From Candidatus Sumerlaeia bacterium (GTDB lineage: Bacteria > Sumerlaeota > Sumerlaeia > SLMS01 > JAHLLQ01): a stretch of DNA of 64,000 nucleotides. A model generated the notes under the pieces. The model was given only the letters and a program-made list of their open reading frames with translations, searched no databases and was not told where the DNA came from. A program made the translations under genes and the position numbers. The stretch spans positions 115,921 to 179,920 of the forward strand of contig JAHCAW010000001.1 of the NCBI GenBank assembly GCA_019634695.1, written 5' to 3'. Each line of letters opens with the position of its first letter. Position 1 is the first letter of the stretch. This document shows positions 38,644 through 49,440 of the stretch, piece by piece.

Positions 38644-40728
38644 TCACTCCTCCGCGTCCTTCTCAAGCCACGCCTCGTTGAGCAGGATTGTCAGGTCTCG
38701 CGGGTCGAGTGCACCGGCGACGTGGTCGCGGGGCTTCCATGTGGGGTGCGCGAGCAGCAAGACCGGCGGGTCGTGGCGATGGGCGAAGTCGAACGGCAGG
38801 CGCAGGTGGAAGCCGCCCTCCGGTTGCTCGAAGGCGTGCACGGTGCCCTCGCGCTGGAACTGCAATCGCATCGGCGCCACGTCGGTGGGGTAGGGGCCGC
38901 GATAGCCGCGCACGTGCAGGATGTAGCGTCCCGGCTCGACAGGCGCGTCGAATCGCAGCCGCACCTCGCGCGCGCCGCCCCAGCGGTGCAGCGACATGCG
39001 CGCACCGAACTCGATCATGCTCCAGCCGTCGAGCATCAACTGCTGCTCGGGCACGGCGGCCGCCACGGCCTCAGCCGGAATGTCGTGCGTCATGCGTGAC
39101 CAGTCCTCGGCGGCAAGGCGCGCGAGCATTGTGCGGTCGGGTTGCTCGAGCCGGAAGACCGTCAGCACCGGATAGCCGGCGGGATAGCCGGCCGCCAGCG
39201 TGCGCGCGGCGAGTCGATGGCCGTCGAGTAGCGAGTAGAACGCGAGGTCGCGCCCGGCCATCGACGGCAGCAGGGGGCTGGCGTTGAAGACCCACGCGGT
39301 GCGTTCGTCCGCGGGCAGGCGGGCGAGATCGTCAATCGGACGCAGATCGTACTCGGGAAAGACCGGTTGCACGTAGGGAAGGAACTCGGCCGGCATTGTG
39401 TAGACCGTCGCACCGACGGGGGGCGGTCGCCACACGCCCACGCGGCGCGCGAGCGCGTGGTTGGGTTGCTGGACGATGAGGTAGACGACAAGCTGGCCCG
39501 CGACGGCACATGCCAGCCACGGCGCCATCGTCCACCACACGCGTGCCGGTTGCCAATCAAGCCGCCGCACCGACCATGCGCACCACGCGACGAGTCCGAT
39601 CACCCACGGCCCCAACGCCACCATCGGATAGCGCGTGCCATGGAATGTGCGCGCGATACCCCATCGGTCGAACCACCAGATCAGGAAGACGAAGCCGATT
39701 GCCGTGCCGAGTCCGCACGCGGCGACAGTTGCCAGGCGCGCATCGCTCGGCCCGCGCCCGCGGCGGATTGCCCGCAACCACACGAGCAGCGGAACCAGCA
39801 ACGACGCGGCCGCTGGATACGCGAGCACGTTCCACTCGTACCACACCGGATGCCGCGGCCAGGGCTGCGGAGCCGGGAATCCGAACTGGAAATGCCCCAG
39901 CGGCATCCAGTAGAAGAACACTGTCAGCAGGTTCAGCGGCGTCGCCGGCGTTTGCCAGGGTCGCGGCATGAAGTCCAGGTGCCCGATGTTGTGCCGCAGA
40001 CTGTCGAGCCACGGCAGGATCAGCAGCCCCATCGCAAGATGCGCCCACAGGCCGTGACGAAAGAACGTCGTGCGCCACCAGGCGCGCCGCGCGCACAGCC
40101 ACACCCACAGCACCGCCAGCACGGCCATCATTGGGCCCATGAGGAGCTGCATCCACAAGCCCATCGCGCCCAGCAGTGCGAAGCCCCCCCATGCGAGCCG
40201 CGAGCACTTCGCGCTGGCCCGCCCTTCGGCGTGGTCCAGCGCCTGTCCCAACAGCAGCATCCAGCACACTGCCGTCATCGGCACGATCAACGCATACTGC
40301 CGCGCCTCGGTGGTCATGTGCACGACGTTGCCGCACAGGCAGAGCGCCAGCACGGTGAGTAGTCCCCATGCCGGCCCGAGCAATCGCCGCGCGCCGCACC
40401 ATGTTGCGGCCACCAGCAGCGCCCACGCCACCACGCCCGGTGCCCGCGTCAGCACGAACCCGGGCTCGATCCCCAGCAGGCGCACGCCGTTCAGCCACGC
40501 CTTGAGCAGGAAGTAGTACCCTGGCGGATGCGCGTCGAACGTCGTCAGCTCGAGCGCCTTGCTCCACGTGTGGTTCGCCAGCGTGATGCTGTACATCTCG
40601 TCGATCCAGAACAGGCTGACGAGCGAACATCGCCAGAGCAGATAGGGCACGCCGACCAGCAGGACGACGAGCACGCCGAGGTCCTGGCGGTCGAAACGCG
40701 ACGGGCGTGGATCAAGGCGAGGGGTCAC
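38644..40728 (-). CDS. GT-C-like membrane glycosyltransferase
   Basis: FWIDEMYS, DAHPPGYY, EARQYAL, many TMs. Confidence 0.75.
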   Translation of the reverse strand: MTPRLDPRPSRFDRQDLGVLVVLLVGVPYLLWRCSLVSLFWIDEMYSITLANHTWSKALELTTFDAHPPGYYFLLKAWLNGVRLLGIEPGFVLTRAPGVVAWALLVAATWCGARRLLGPAWGLLTVLALCLCGNVVHMTTEARQYALIVPMTAVCWMLLLGQALDHAEGRASAKCSRLAWGGFALLGAMGLWMQLLMGPMMAVLAVLWVWLCARRAWWRTTFFRHGLWAHLAMGLLILPWLDSLRHNIGHLDFMPRPWQTPATPLNLLTVFFYWMPLGHFQFGFPAPQPWPRHPVWYEWNVLAYPAAASLLVPLLVWLRAIRRGRGPSDARLATVAACGLGTAIGFVFLIWWFDRWGIARTFHGTRYPMVALGPWVIGLVAWCAWSVRRLDWQPARVWWTMAPWLACAVAGQLVVYLIVQQPNHALARRVGVWRPPPVGATVYTMPAEFLPYVQPVFPEYDLRPIDDLARLPADERTAWVFNASPLLPSMAGRDLAFYSLLDGHRLAARTLAAGYPAGYPVLTVFRLEQPDRTMLARLAAEDWSRMTHDIPAEAVAAAVPEQQLMLDGWSMIEFGARMSLHRWGGAREVRLRFDAPVEPGRYILHVRGYRGPYPTDVAPMRLQFQREGTVHAFEQPEGGFHLRLPFDFAHRHDPPVLLLAHPTWKPRDHVAGALDPRDLTILLNEAWLEKDAEE

Positions 40729-40928
40729 CGGGACGACGCGCTCCTCCGGGCGGAGCAAGTGGCGAGGCCATCCATGAGGACGCGCCGCCCCGGAGCGCGA
40801 CAAGGACATTCCGAGAGGCAAGGCCGAAGGAAGAACGCGAAGGGCGGCCGCAAGGCGTGGGCGGCTTCGTCGGACCTGTCGGACGTGTCGGACCGGTCCG
40901 ACCGATCCGAGACGGGAGCGTGCGGTAT

Positions 40929-42281
40929 CTACGGCATGCTCTCGCCAGCAGGGGGCACGGCTCTGGACTCATCGCCCACCGACCACTGGATGCCGCGGGC
41001 GACCATGGGGAAGAGCCGCTCGTGCGTTTCCGGGTGCGGGCTGATCAGCAACACGCGCCCCTCGCCGTACTCGCTGGCGACGACGGCAGCCTGATCGATC
41101 ATCTCGACGCTCTCGGTGCCGTCCGGACGCGATGTCGCCGAGCGGAAGTGCGCCAACACGTTGATCGCCGGGAAGTCTCCCTCGGGCGCCAGTCCCTCCT
41201 CGTGCACCAGGACCGGCCCGTTGTTGTAGCGCGTTTCGAAGGCCGCGAACTCCTCGCCGAAGATCGCACGCCCTTCCGGCGTCAGCTCCACCTGCACCAT
41301 CCCGCCACCCTTGCGCCAAGGCTGGCCATGGAACGCGCCGACCATCTTCAGGTACTCATCGATTCGGCATGTCGCCAGATAGGCGCCCGCGCAGATGCCG
41401 ACGTAGCCCCCGCCCGCATCGACGAAACGGCGCACCTCCTCCTGGCCCTCGGGCCCCAGCGCCAGCGCGATGCTGCGACCGCCACCGCCGGGAAACAGCA
41501 CCCCGCGGAACAGCGGCAACACACCCTCGCGAATGTCCTCCGGCGAGACCGGCGTCACCGTCATGCCGAACGGCACTTCGTTGACGATGCGCTCGAGCTG
41601 GCGTGGCCCCGCGCCGCCCACACCTTCGCAGTCGTACAGCGCCAGCGCGTCGCTGCTGCCCGGCATCGCCGCGGCCAGCGCTTCGCGCGGTGGCGCGGAC
41701 TCGAGCGCGCTCAGCAGCTCGAACGTCATCAGCCGCGCCCAGCGAAACCGCCGCGACTGGGGCACCTGCGCCGCGAACGTCACGTGCAACTCGCCCACCG
41801 TGGCCCCGAAGAGTCGGTCGTCTCCCACCGGCTCCACCTCGAGCGACAGCTCCCCGTCGGGGAACGTCGCCAACAACGCGGACGCCGTCACGGCGCGCGC
41901 CAGCACCTCGTGCGTCGTCGCCAGCATGGGCGGCGTGCGCTTGTCCGTTCCATCCTGATCGATCGCCACCGGATGGAACACCACGGCCCAGTCGGTCGGC
42001 TCGATCTCGAGCGCCGTCCAGTCCAGCGGCGTGCGGTGGAACGCGCCGTCGGCGGGGGAGAGCTCAATCACCACCACCTCGCCACGGGCCGGCGCCAGGC
42101 GCAGGATCTGATCCGCCGCACTGCTGGTGGCGGCCTGCGCATGATGCGGCAGCACCACGGCCACGCGCGGCGCGCCGCCCGGTCCGGCGCTGCGCACGCG
42201 CACGACCTGGTGTTGGGCGAACGCGGGCGCGGTCAGCGCCAGCAGCAGCAACGACAGCACGGCAGACAGCGATCGCATCAT
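40929..42281 (-). CDS. Exported protein with BPL_N (class I glutamine amidotransferase-like) domain
   Basis: Signal peptide; FPGGGG...FVDAGGGYVGICAGAYLA...SPHPE. Confidence 0.8.
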   Translation of the reverse strand: MMRSLSAVLSLLLLALTAPAFAQHQVVRVRSAGPGGAPRVAVVLPHHAQAATSSAADQILRLAPARGEVVVIELSPADGAFHRTPLDWTALEIEPTDWAVVFHPVAIDQDGTDKRTPPMLATTHEVLARAVTASALLATFPDGELSLEVEPVGDDRLFGATVGELHVTFAAQVPQSRRFRWARLMTFELLSALESAPPREALAAAMPGSSDALALYDCEGVGGAGPRQLERIVNEVPFGMTVTPVSPEDIREGVLPLFRGVLFPGGGGRSIALALGPEGQEEVRRFVDAGGGYVGICAGAYLATCRIDEYLKMVGAFHGQPWRKGGGMVQVELTPEGRAIFGEEFAAFETRYNNGPVLVHEEGLAPEGDFPAINVLAHFRSATSRPDGTESVEMIDQAAVVASEYGEGRVLLISPHPETHERLFPMVARGIQWSVGDESRAVPPAGESMP

Positions 42282-42376
42282 GACAACAGGCCTCACCGGG
42301 AGTGTCCCAACGTCCACCGCAGCAGGCCCGCCATGCTGCTGCGTTGTCAATGCCGCAGACGAAGCGGACTGCGTGC

Positions 42377-43414
42377 TCATCCCCCAAGCACCTGCTTCAG
42401 ATCCTGGACGAACGCGTCGATGGTCTCGGATCGCGTGTCCCACGAGCACATCAGGCGCACGGCGCCCGGACCGAACGTCGTGCTGAACCGCCATCCCCGT
42501 TGCTGCATGCGGACGATTGCCTCGGCGGGCAGGTGCGCAAAGACGGCATTGGCCTGACGGGGATAGAGAATCCGCACGCCGGGCAGGGGACGCAGGCGGC
42601 CTTCGAGTTCCGCTGCGCACGCGTTCGCATGGCGCGCATGCCGCAGCCACGCGCCGTCGCGCAACACGCCCACCCACTGGGCCGCGACGAAACGCATCTT
42701 CGACAGCAATTGACCGGCCTGCTTGCACCGGTAGTCGAACTCCTCGGCCACCGAGGCGTTGAAGAAGACGACGGCTTCGCCAATGGCCAGCCCGTTCTTG
42801 GAGCCTCCGAAGACGAGGACGTCCACCCCGCAATCGGTCGTCAGCGCCCGTGGCGCGCACCCCAGGGAGGCGACCGCGTTGGCGAAGCGGGCTCCATCCA
42901 TGTGCAGCGCCAGTCCGTGCTCCCGGCAGGCGCGCTGGATGGCCTGCAAGTCGGCCGGTTGGTACACCGTGCCCAGCTCGGTGGATTGGGTGATCGAGAC
43001 GGTGCGGGCCTTCGGATAGTGGATGTCGTCGCGTCGGGTGGCGATTTCGCCGATGGCGTCGGGGGCGATGCGTCCGTCCACGCCATCGGCCAGCAGAATC
43101 TTCGCGCCATGGCTGAAGAACTCCGGCGCGCCGCATTCGTCCACTTCGACGTGGGCCACGCGGTGGCAGATGATGCTGTGGTGCGAGCGGGCCGTGGAGG
43201 CCAGCGCGAGCGCATTGCCCGCCGTGCCGGTCAGTACGAAGTACACCTGACAGTCGGCCTCGAACAACTCGCGGAAACGCTCGCAGGCTTCCGCCGTCCA
43301 GCCATCGTCGCCATACGAGCGCTCGTGTCCGTGGTTGGCCTCGACAAGGGCGGCCATCGCCTCCGGGCAGATGCCCGAGCAATTGTCGCTCGTGAACTGC
43401 TGGGGAGGGGTCAT
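42377..43414 (-). CDS. ltaE: Low-specificity L-threonine aldolase
   Basis: FTSDN, SYGDD, HMDGARFANA, GGSKNG, SKMRF. Confidence 0.9.
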   Translation of the reverse strand: MTPPQQFTSDNCSGICPEAMAALVEANHGHERSYGDDGWTAEACERFRELFEADCQVYFVLTGTAGNALALASTARSHHSIICHRVAHVEVDECGAPEFFSHGAKILLADGVDGRIAPDAIGEIATRRDDIHYPKARTVSITQSTELGTVYQPADLQAIQRACREHGLALHMDGARFANAVASLGCAPRALTTDCGVDVLVFGGSKNGLAIGEAVVFFNASVAEEFDYRCKQAGQLLSKMRFVAAQWVGVLRDGAWLRHARHANACAAELEGRLRPLPGVRILYPRQANAVFAHLPAEAIVRMQQRGWRFSTTFGPGAVRLMCSWDTRSETIDAFVQDLKQVLGG

Positions 43415-43549
43415 GGCCCGGACCTCGCAGGGGGATTGCGGCGAGCCTGCGCCTCCCCGCCCGGGTCAGGGCAAGCGGAGCGGATGTCATAGCGGGCCGG
43501 CGGCGCGCGAATCGCCGTCGGCCCGTCGCGCCGCTGCCCGTCGTGTGCC

Positions 43550-44437
43550 TCAGTCGCCGGCGGCAAGCGGCCAAGGCTCATGCCCCTCGTCGGGGGCGGG
43601 TTCCTCGTCAAGCCGCAGGCTCAGGCACTTGGCCGAACCGCCCGACAGATGGAACTCGCCGAGCGGCGTACGCACCACGTCGAAGCCCCAGTCGTGCAGC
43701 ACCCGCTCGAGTTCCGCCGAGCAGTCGTGCAGCACCACGGCGTGGCCGGTGTCCACCGCGTTGCATGCAAAGGCGAAGGCATCCTCGCGTGAGACCGCAT
43801 GACGGCGCTCGGCCGGCACCAGGCGCTCGATCGTGTCGAGCGCCGCGGCATGGAACGCCTCGGGATAGTAAAGCACAAACCCGCCGTCGAGCGGGCAGAA
43901 GCAGGTGTCGAGATGATAGAATCGCGGATCCACCAGACGCAGCGGCACGACCTCGACGCCGAGGCGCTCGGCGACGAACTGCCCGGCCTCGAGCGTCGAG
44001 CGGAGCCCGTAGCCCAGCCACAGGCGCTGTCCGCCGCGATCCCACAGCCCGTCGCCGGCCCCCTCGAAGTACAGCCCCGCCGGCATCTCGATCACGTCGA
44101 AGCCGTTCGCCGCGAACCACGTGCGATTGATCGGCTCCTCGGCGCGGCGCTCCGGATGGCGGAAGTGCGACAGCACCACTTGCCGGCCGCACACCAGCCC
44201 CGAGTTGGCGGTGAACACAAGATCCGGCACGCCCGGCGCGGCGGGCATTTCGACAACGTCGGCCGTGCGCGCGAGAGCGTCGCGCAGCGCGCGCCACTGA
44301 CGGCCGGCCTCTTCACGATCGGGGCGACGCCCGTGGCCTTCCATCCACGGGTTGATCGCGTACTCGACCGTGAAGTGCTCCGGAGGACAGACAAGGATAC
44401 GATGGCGCCGGACAACCGGCGGAATGCGGGAGGTCAT
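43550..44437 (-). CDS. Amidinotransferase / dimethylarginase family protein
   Basis: YAINPWM, DLVFTAN, FEGAGD, YHLDT, GGSAKC. Confidence 0.88.
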   Translation of the reverse strand: MTSRIPPVVRRHRILVCPPEHFTVEYAINPWMEGHGRRPDREEAGRQWRALRDALARTADVVEMPAAPGVPDLVFTANSGLVCGRQVVLSHFRHPERRAEEPINRTWFAANGFDVIEMPAGLYFEGAGDGLWDRGGQRLWLGYGLRSTLEAGQFVAERLGVEVVPLRLVDPRFYHLDTCFCPLDGGFVLYYPEAFHAAALDTIERLVPAERRHAVSREDAFAFACNAVDTGHAVVLHDCSAELERVLHDWGFDVVRTPLGEFHLSGGSAKCLSLRLDEEPAPDEGHEPWPLAAGD

Positions 44438-44943
44438 GGGAGTCGTCTCCTTCGAGGACGAACGCATCGGACAGGTGGCCCGACTGGGCGGTGCATGGGA
44501 TAACCAGCCTCCCGCAAGGGAGGGAGGTGCCGGCGGCCGTCGTTGCGTGTTCGACTCGTTAGAGGTCGGGCGGTCGTCCCCGCCGAAAGCGGAAGCGCAG
44601 GACCAGCGTGGCTTTGGGTATACCGTGTCGCATCAGGACCCGTGCCTTGCGGGGTGGACGGCCGCCGCGGGCGGAATCCGTCTCCGGGCCCTGTGTCGCA
44701 CACCCCGCCCCCAACAATCAAGAAGGGCCGGCGGGAAAGATCAAAAATCGGCTTGGAGGCGGGGGGCTGTCATGTACGAAATCGCCGCGCCAGTCTTGAA
44801 CGGGATGGTTGTGGCGTTGACATCGCCTCGGGCTTCGGCAACGAAGGGAAATCGAAACAGGGGCGGGGAGCTGGGTGTTCGTCCCAGCTGCACCGAGCCG
44901 GCTCACCCGCTGCCCCTGTTGTCGTATCTCGGGATTGCGAACC

Positions 44944-45906
44944 ATGACTCGAACCGGACCGATCAACGCAAACAAGCCTCAGCGTTGGAAGGCCGATATC
45001 GCGGCCTCCGTGGACCGGTTCAACACGTGGTTTCTTGACTTCGCACCAGAGACTTTCCGCACCAGTCGATTGGCAACCACTCAGGATGTCGCCGCGGCAC
45101 TCATTGCGACCGACGATCTGCGGTCCTTGACGGTTGCCACCGTGAAGGCGCATCCGGCGGCTCTCGCCACGCTGCGCATGTGCACAGCCCCTCCTCTTGC
45201 GGTCGACCGACTGATCGGCCTGACCGACTCGAGCAGGAGCCTGATCGGTTCGCTGGAAAGCGGGCGCCTTCCAAAGCGGCTCGCAGCCCACGAACTCGAC
45301 GAGCAATTGTCCCGGATTTGTCGGGTGCTGATCCGACTGTTGGACCGCGACATCTTCCCGTGGCTGGCCCAAGGCAACAGACCGACTGCCACGGAAAGGG
45401 ACCGCGCTGCGTCGATCGTGGCGGATCGCTTGTGCAGCGCCGTGGCAAATCCATTGATCCGAAACGCCCAGGAGCAGCGACAACTCGAACTCATCGAAGC
45501 ATGGTTGAACGCGCGAGGGTATCGCCGGCAGGCGCACCCGACCGACACCCCGTTGAGCCAGATGGTGCCGGGGACGTTCGCCTTTCGGATGGCGCTGACC
45601 GTCGGCAAGTCGCGTCAGACACGCGTTCCCGTGGATGTGGTCGTTCAACCCTTGAAGCCTCGGCGCGACGGCATCCCGATCCTGATCGAAGCCAAATCCG
45701 CCGGCGACTTCGCCAACACGAACAAGCGGCGCAAGGAAGAGGCTATCAAGATTCAGCAGCTTCGGCGAACCTACGGTCCGACCGCCGTCTACGTCCTGTT
45801 CTTGTGCGGGTACTTCGGCACGGACTACCTTGGCTACGAAGCGGCCGAAGGCATTGACTGGATTTGGGAGCACCGCATCGCGGACATGGAAAAGTTGGGA
45901 CTATGA
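44944..45906 (+). CDS. Type II restriction endonuclease, XamI-like
   Basis: INANKPQRWKADI, VDVVV...LIEAKSAGDFANTNKRRKEE; coupled to an MTase. Confidence 0.8.
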   Translation: MTRTGPINANKPQRWKADIAASVDRFNTWFLDFAPETFRTSRLATTQDVAAALIATDDLRSLTVATVKAHPAALATLRMCTAPPLAVDRLIGLTDSSRSLIGSLESGRLPKRLAAHELDEQLSRICRVLIRLLDRDIFPWLAQGNRPTATERDRAASIVADRLCSAVANPLIRNAQEQRQLELIEAWLNARGYRRQAHPTDTPLSQMVPGTFAFRMALTVGKSRQTRVPVDVVVQPLKPRRDGIPILIEAKSAGDFANTNKRRKEEAIKIQQLRRTYGPTAVYVLFLCGYFGTDYLGYEAAEGIDWIWEHRIADMEKLGL

Positions 45907-47522
45907 TCGCGCCGCCAATCGAGATTGTTTCGTCGCTGGAACTGCGCCGACAGGACATGCAGCTCCGATTCGACGTCGCACGCGAGGCTACCGACCGAAA
46001 TCGACTCGGCCAGTTCGCCACCCCGAATCCCTTGGCGATCGAGATCGCTCGACTGGCACTCGAGACGATGGGCGAGGCCTCCCAAGGACTGCGCTTCGCC
46101 GACCCCTCCATCGGCACCGGCAGCTTCTATTCGGCTCTCCTTCAAGTTGCCGGTCTGGCACATGTGCGGAGCGCGGTCGGCGTGGAACTTGACCCGGAAC
46201 TCTGCGCGCTGGCCAACGAGTTGTGGAGTCCTTTGGGCCTCCGAGTGATCCGGTCCGACTTCACCCGGCTACTCGAAAGTGCCGGGAGTGGTGAACGTCC
46301 GAACCTGATTCTCGCAAATCCCCCTTATGTGCGACACCATCATCTCGGGCGCGAGGAGAAGGCCCGCCTGCGTTCCCTCGTTCGCCGCGAACTGGGCGTG
46401 GAGGTCAGTGGCCTGTCGGGTTTGTACGTCTACTTTCTGCTGCTCGCGACGGCGTGGATGGAGGAGCAGGGAGTCGCGGCGTGGTTGATTCCCTCGGAGT
46501 TCATGGACGTGAACTATGGGGCACCTCTGAAGGAGTTCCTCCTGAGTCGAACGACGCTTCTGCGGGTCCATCGTTTCGATCCGCGGGAGGTTCAGTTCGG
46601 GGATGCGCTGGTCTCGTCGGTCGTCATTCTGTTCCGCAAGGAGCCGCCGCCAACCGCGCACGAGGTGCATTTCACGTTTGGGGGATCACTCCGTTCTCCG
46701 GGCATGCGAGAGCAAGTGGGCCTCACTTGCCTCCGCTCGTCGCGCAAGTGGACCGAGTTCCCTCGCGCCATAGGGCGCGCCACTCCGGCTGCCAGCGGGG
46801 CCGTGCTCGGAGACTTCTTCCAGGTCCAGCGCGGCATTGCGACGGGCGCGAACAAGTTCTTCATACTGACCCGCGAGCGGGCCGCTCAACTCGCGCTGCC
46901 GTCGCAACATCTCAAGCCGATTCTTCCCAGCCCGAGGAATCTCAAGGTGGATGTCGTCGAGGCGGATACTGACGGCAATCCATTGCTCGATCCGCAACTT
47001 CTGCTTGTCGATTGCGATCTGCCGGAGGATACAGTACGTGCAAAGTGGCCGGCGATGTGGGAGTACTTCCAAACTCCCGGCGCGCTTGACGCCAAGGCAC
47101 GTTACCTTTCGGCGAACAGGTCTCCGTGGTATCGGCAGGAGCGCAGGGCCCCGGCACCCTACCTGTGCACTTACATGGGCCGCGGCTCGGATCAGAAGCG
47201 TCCGCTTCGGTTCATCTGGAACCGCTCGCGGGCCATCGGCACAAATCTCTATTTGATGCTGTATCCCAAACCGGTACTGGCGTCCTTGATGGGGCGCGAT
47301 CCCGGGTGTGAGGCGGAGGCCTTTCGGTTGCTTCTGGAGGTCACGGGTCACGAGCTTCGAAGTGAAGGCCGTGTTTACGGCGGAGGACTTCACAAGATCG
47401 AGCCCAGCGAGCTTGCTCGTATCTCGGCGGACGCATTCCTGAGTCGCTGGCCCGAACTGGGCGCGGCCTGTGCCCGACAAGGGGAGTTGTTTGCCGATCC
47501 CGAGTCCCTCACGGGAACGTAG
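45903..47522 (+). CDS. N6-adenine DNA methyltransferase (gamma class)
   Basis: GQFATP, DPSIGTG, NPPY, GRVYGGGLHKIEP. Confidence 0.92.
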   Translation: MIAPPIEIVSSLELRRQDMQLRFDVAREATDRNRLGQFATPNPLAIEIARLALETMGEASQGLRFADPSIGTGSFYSALLQVAGLAHVRSAVGVELDPELCALANELWSPLGLRVIRSDFTRLLESAGSGERPNLILANPPYVRHHHLGREEKARLRSLVRRELGVEVSGLSGLYVYFLLLATAWMEEQGVAAWLIPSEFMDVNYGAPLKEFLLSRTTLLRVHRFDPREVQFGDALVSSVVILFRKEPPPTAHEVHFTFGGSLRSPGMREQVGLTCLRSSRKWTEFPRAIGRATPAASGAVLGDFFQVQRGIATGANKFFILTRERAAQLALPSQHLKPILPSPRNLKVDVVEADTDGNPLLDPQLLLVDCDLPEDTVRAKWPAMWEYFQTPGALDAKARYLSANRSPWYRQERRAPAPYLCTYMGRGSDQKRPLRFIWNRSRAIGTNLYLMLYPKPVLASLMGRDPGCEAEAFRLLLEVTGHELRSEGRVYGGGLHKIEPSELARISADAFLSRWPELGAACARQGELFADPESLTGT

Positions 47523-47529
47523 TAGCCGC

Positions 47530-49440
47530 CTACTCGAACTCCAGCACTCCATAGCGGCTCTGGTTGTAGGACTCGGCGGCCCAGTGGAAGCGTGCCGGTT
47601 CGCTTTGCGGGCGGTGGCGCCAGACGTTGAAGCCCCATGTCGTGCCCGGCGTCGGCGCGGAGGCGTCGGCGATGTCGCTCCAGGGGATGCGCATCTCCAT
47701 CGTCCAGTGGTCCGGGCCGACGACGATGGCACTGTCGTAGGCGCTCTGGAAGTAGCGGTCCGGCCGGCCGACCGGTTTGGCGTTGAAGCGCGTGCCGGCC
47801 GCGTTCTGGAACAGGCGCGTGTGGTCGCGCGCCGTCATTGTCGGGTCGAAGAACAACTCCACGTCGTCGTCGTTCCACGTCAGCGGAATGTCGCCCTCGG
47901 CGGCGGCCTTCAGGCCGGCCGGATTCGGTTCCGCCATCCAGACACCGACGTAGAGATAGTCCGCATCGTAGAGCAGGCGCACGGAGGTGGCGTGCGGCGC
48001 GGGCCCGGTGCCGACCTGACGGAAGTCGGTGATCGGCGTGGCGCGCTGCCAGGCGGGCTCGTCGAGGCGCCCGTCGATCGTGGCGGCGCCGGTCCAGCGT
48101 GCGGCCGTCGTGCGCGGCGGCACGAAGAGCGCGAACGTCGTGTCGAAGGTGAAAGTCTTGTCGAGCGGGATTGCGGTGGTCAGCAGTTTCTCGCCGGCCG
48201 CGGCGCGGGCCAGCTCGTCGCGATAGCGCGCCTCCCAGTCGCGGCTGACCACGCCGGTGCGCAGCTCGTTGCGCGCCTCGAGGCGCAGCCGCGGCATCTG
48301 CGCGCGCGAAGGCGCCGACGCCGTGCGGATGCGAAACTCCGGCGTGGCCGTCTCGCCCGCCGGCACGTCGAGCCACAGCTCGCGCGGCTCGACCTCGACA
48401 CCCGAGTCCCGCGCGATGTCCCACCGCAGATGGAACGTGCGCTCCTCGCGCAGGCTGTTCGGCACGGGCAACGACACCGTCGTGTCCACCGGCTCGCCAG
48501 GTTCCCACTTCGGAATCCGGATCGTGCCCCCGCGCAATCCATAGCGCGGGATGCGGTTGCGCTCCTCGGAGTTCACCGTGTCCACCGGCAGCACCGAGTC
48601 GGCCTTCACCACGGCCGTCCGCACGTCCGTTCCCACCACGCTGACGTGCAGGAAGACGTGCATGAAACCGCCGCGCTCGTTGAGCTGCGGCATGCCGCCC
48701 GTGCTGTTCAGCACCACGTACTCGATGCCGTCGCGATTCTCCCAGACGTACTCGTGCGTGTGGCCGCCGAAGACGCCGCGCACGGGATAGCGCCGCAGCA
48801 GTTCGTGAATCGTCTCCCAGTCCTTCCGCCCCTCGCTGTCCGCCGCATAGCGCCACATCGGGCTGTGCAGGAACACGAAGATCGAACGCGACGCCAGTTC
48901 GGCCGAACCCTCGCCGCCGTTGCGCTCGGCGTACTCGGCCAGGTCGTTCGCCAGCCATTCGATCTGCCAGTGCATGATGCGGTCGTTCTCGCCGTTGTGG
49001 AACGAGTCGAGCACGATGCAGTGCACCGGGCCGTAGTCGTACGAGTAGTAGTAGCGATCCTGTCCCCACACGTCGCCGTAGATGCGATAGGTGGCCGGCG
49101 TGACGACGTCGTGATTGCCGGGCACGGGATGGAAGGGCATCGTCAGCGGCTCGAGCTGCTTCTTGTAGCGCTCCCACTCGCGCCGGATCGTCGGCACGTC
49201 GTCGGTGTAGCCGTTGATCATGTCGCCCACGCCGGTGGCGAAGTGGGGGCGCAGCGTATTGGCCTCGTGAACGAGGCGCTCGAAGATGTCCGGGCTGCCG
49301 AACTGGCTGTCGCCGAAGACGACGAAGCGCACCTCCTGGTCCGTGGGCACGGGGTGCCGGGTGATGGTCGTGCAGCCGGCCAGCACCAACATCCATGCTG
49401 CCAGCAGCGCGCTCGCCGTCAGGGTCCAGATCCGTCGCAT
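47530..49440 (-). CDS. Lipoprotein: metallophosphoesterase + CBM9/DOMON-like domain
   Basis: LAGC; GDSQ, GDMI, PGNHD, GHTH; IDGRLDEPAW...YLYVG...WTMEMRIPW. Confidence 0.82.
   Translation of the reverse strand: MRRIWTLTASALLAAWMLVLAGCTTITRHPVPTDQEVRFVVFGDSQFGSPDIFERLVHEANTLRPHFATGVGDMINGYTDDVPTIRREWERYKKQLEPLTMPFHPVPGNHDVVTPATYRIYGDVWGQDRYYYSYDYGPVHCIVLDSFHNGENDRIMHWQIEWLANDLAEYAERNGGEGSAELASRSIFVFLHSPMWRYAADSEGRKDWETIHELLRRYPVRGVFGGHTHEYVWENRDGIEYVVLNSTGGMPQLNERGGFMHVFLHVSVVGTDVRTAVVKADSVLPVDTVNSEERNRIPRYGLRGGTIRIPKWEPGEPVDTTVSLPVPNSLREERTFHLRWDIARDSGVEVEPRELWLDVPAGETATPEFRIRTASAPSRAQMPRLRLEARNELRTGVVSRDWEARYRDELARAAAGEKLLTTAIPLDKTFTFDTTFALFVPPRTTAARWTGAATIDGRLDEPAWQRATPITDFRQVGTGPAPHATSVRLLYDADYLYVGVWMAEPNPAGLKAAAEGDIPLTWNDDDVELFFDPTMTARDHTRLFQNAAGTRFNAKPVGRPDRYFQSAYDSAIVVGPDHWTMEMRIPWSDIADASAPTPGTTWGFNVWRHRPQSEPARFHWAAESYNQSRYGVLEFE

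Noticed and set aside
40929-43574. Apparent 881-aa fusion
   Set aside because: The upstream half is an off-frame read of ltaE; the real start with signal peptide is at 42281.
44438-44720. Guanidine riboswitch upstream of the amidinotransferase
   Set aside because: ACGA words are present on the minus strand but the stems pair poorly; an Rfam scan would be needed.
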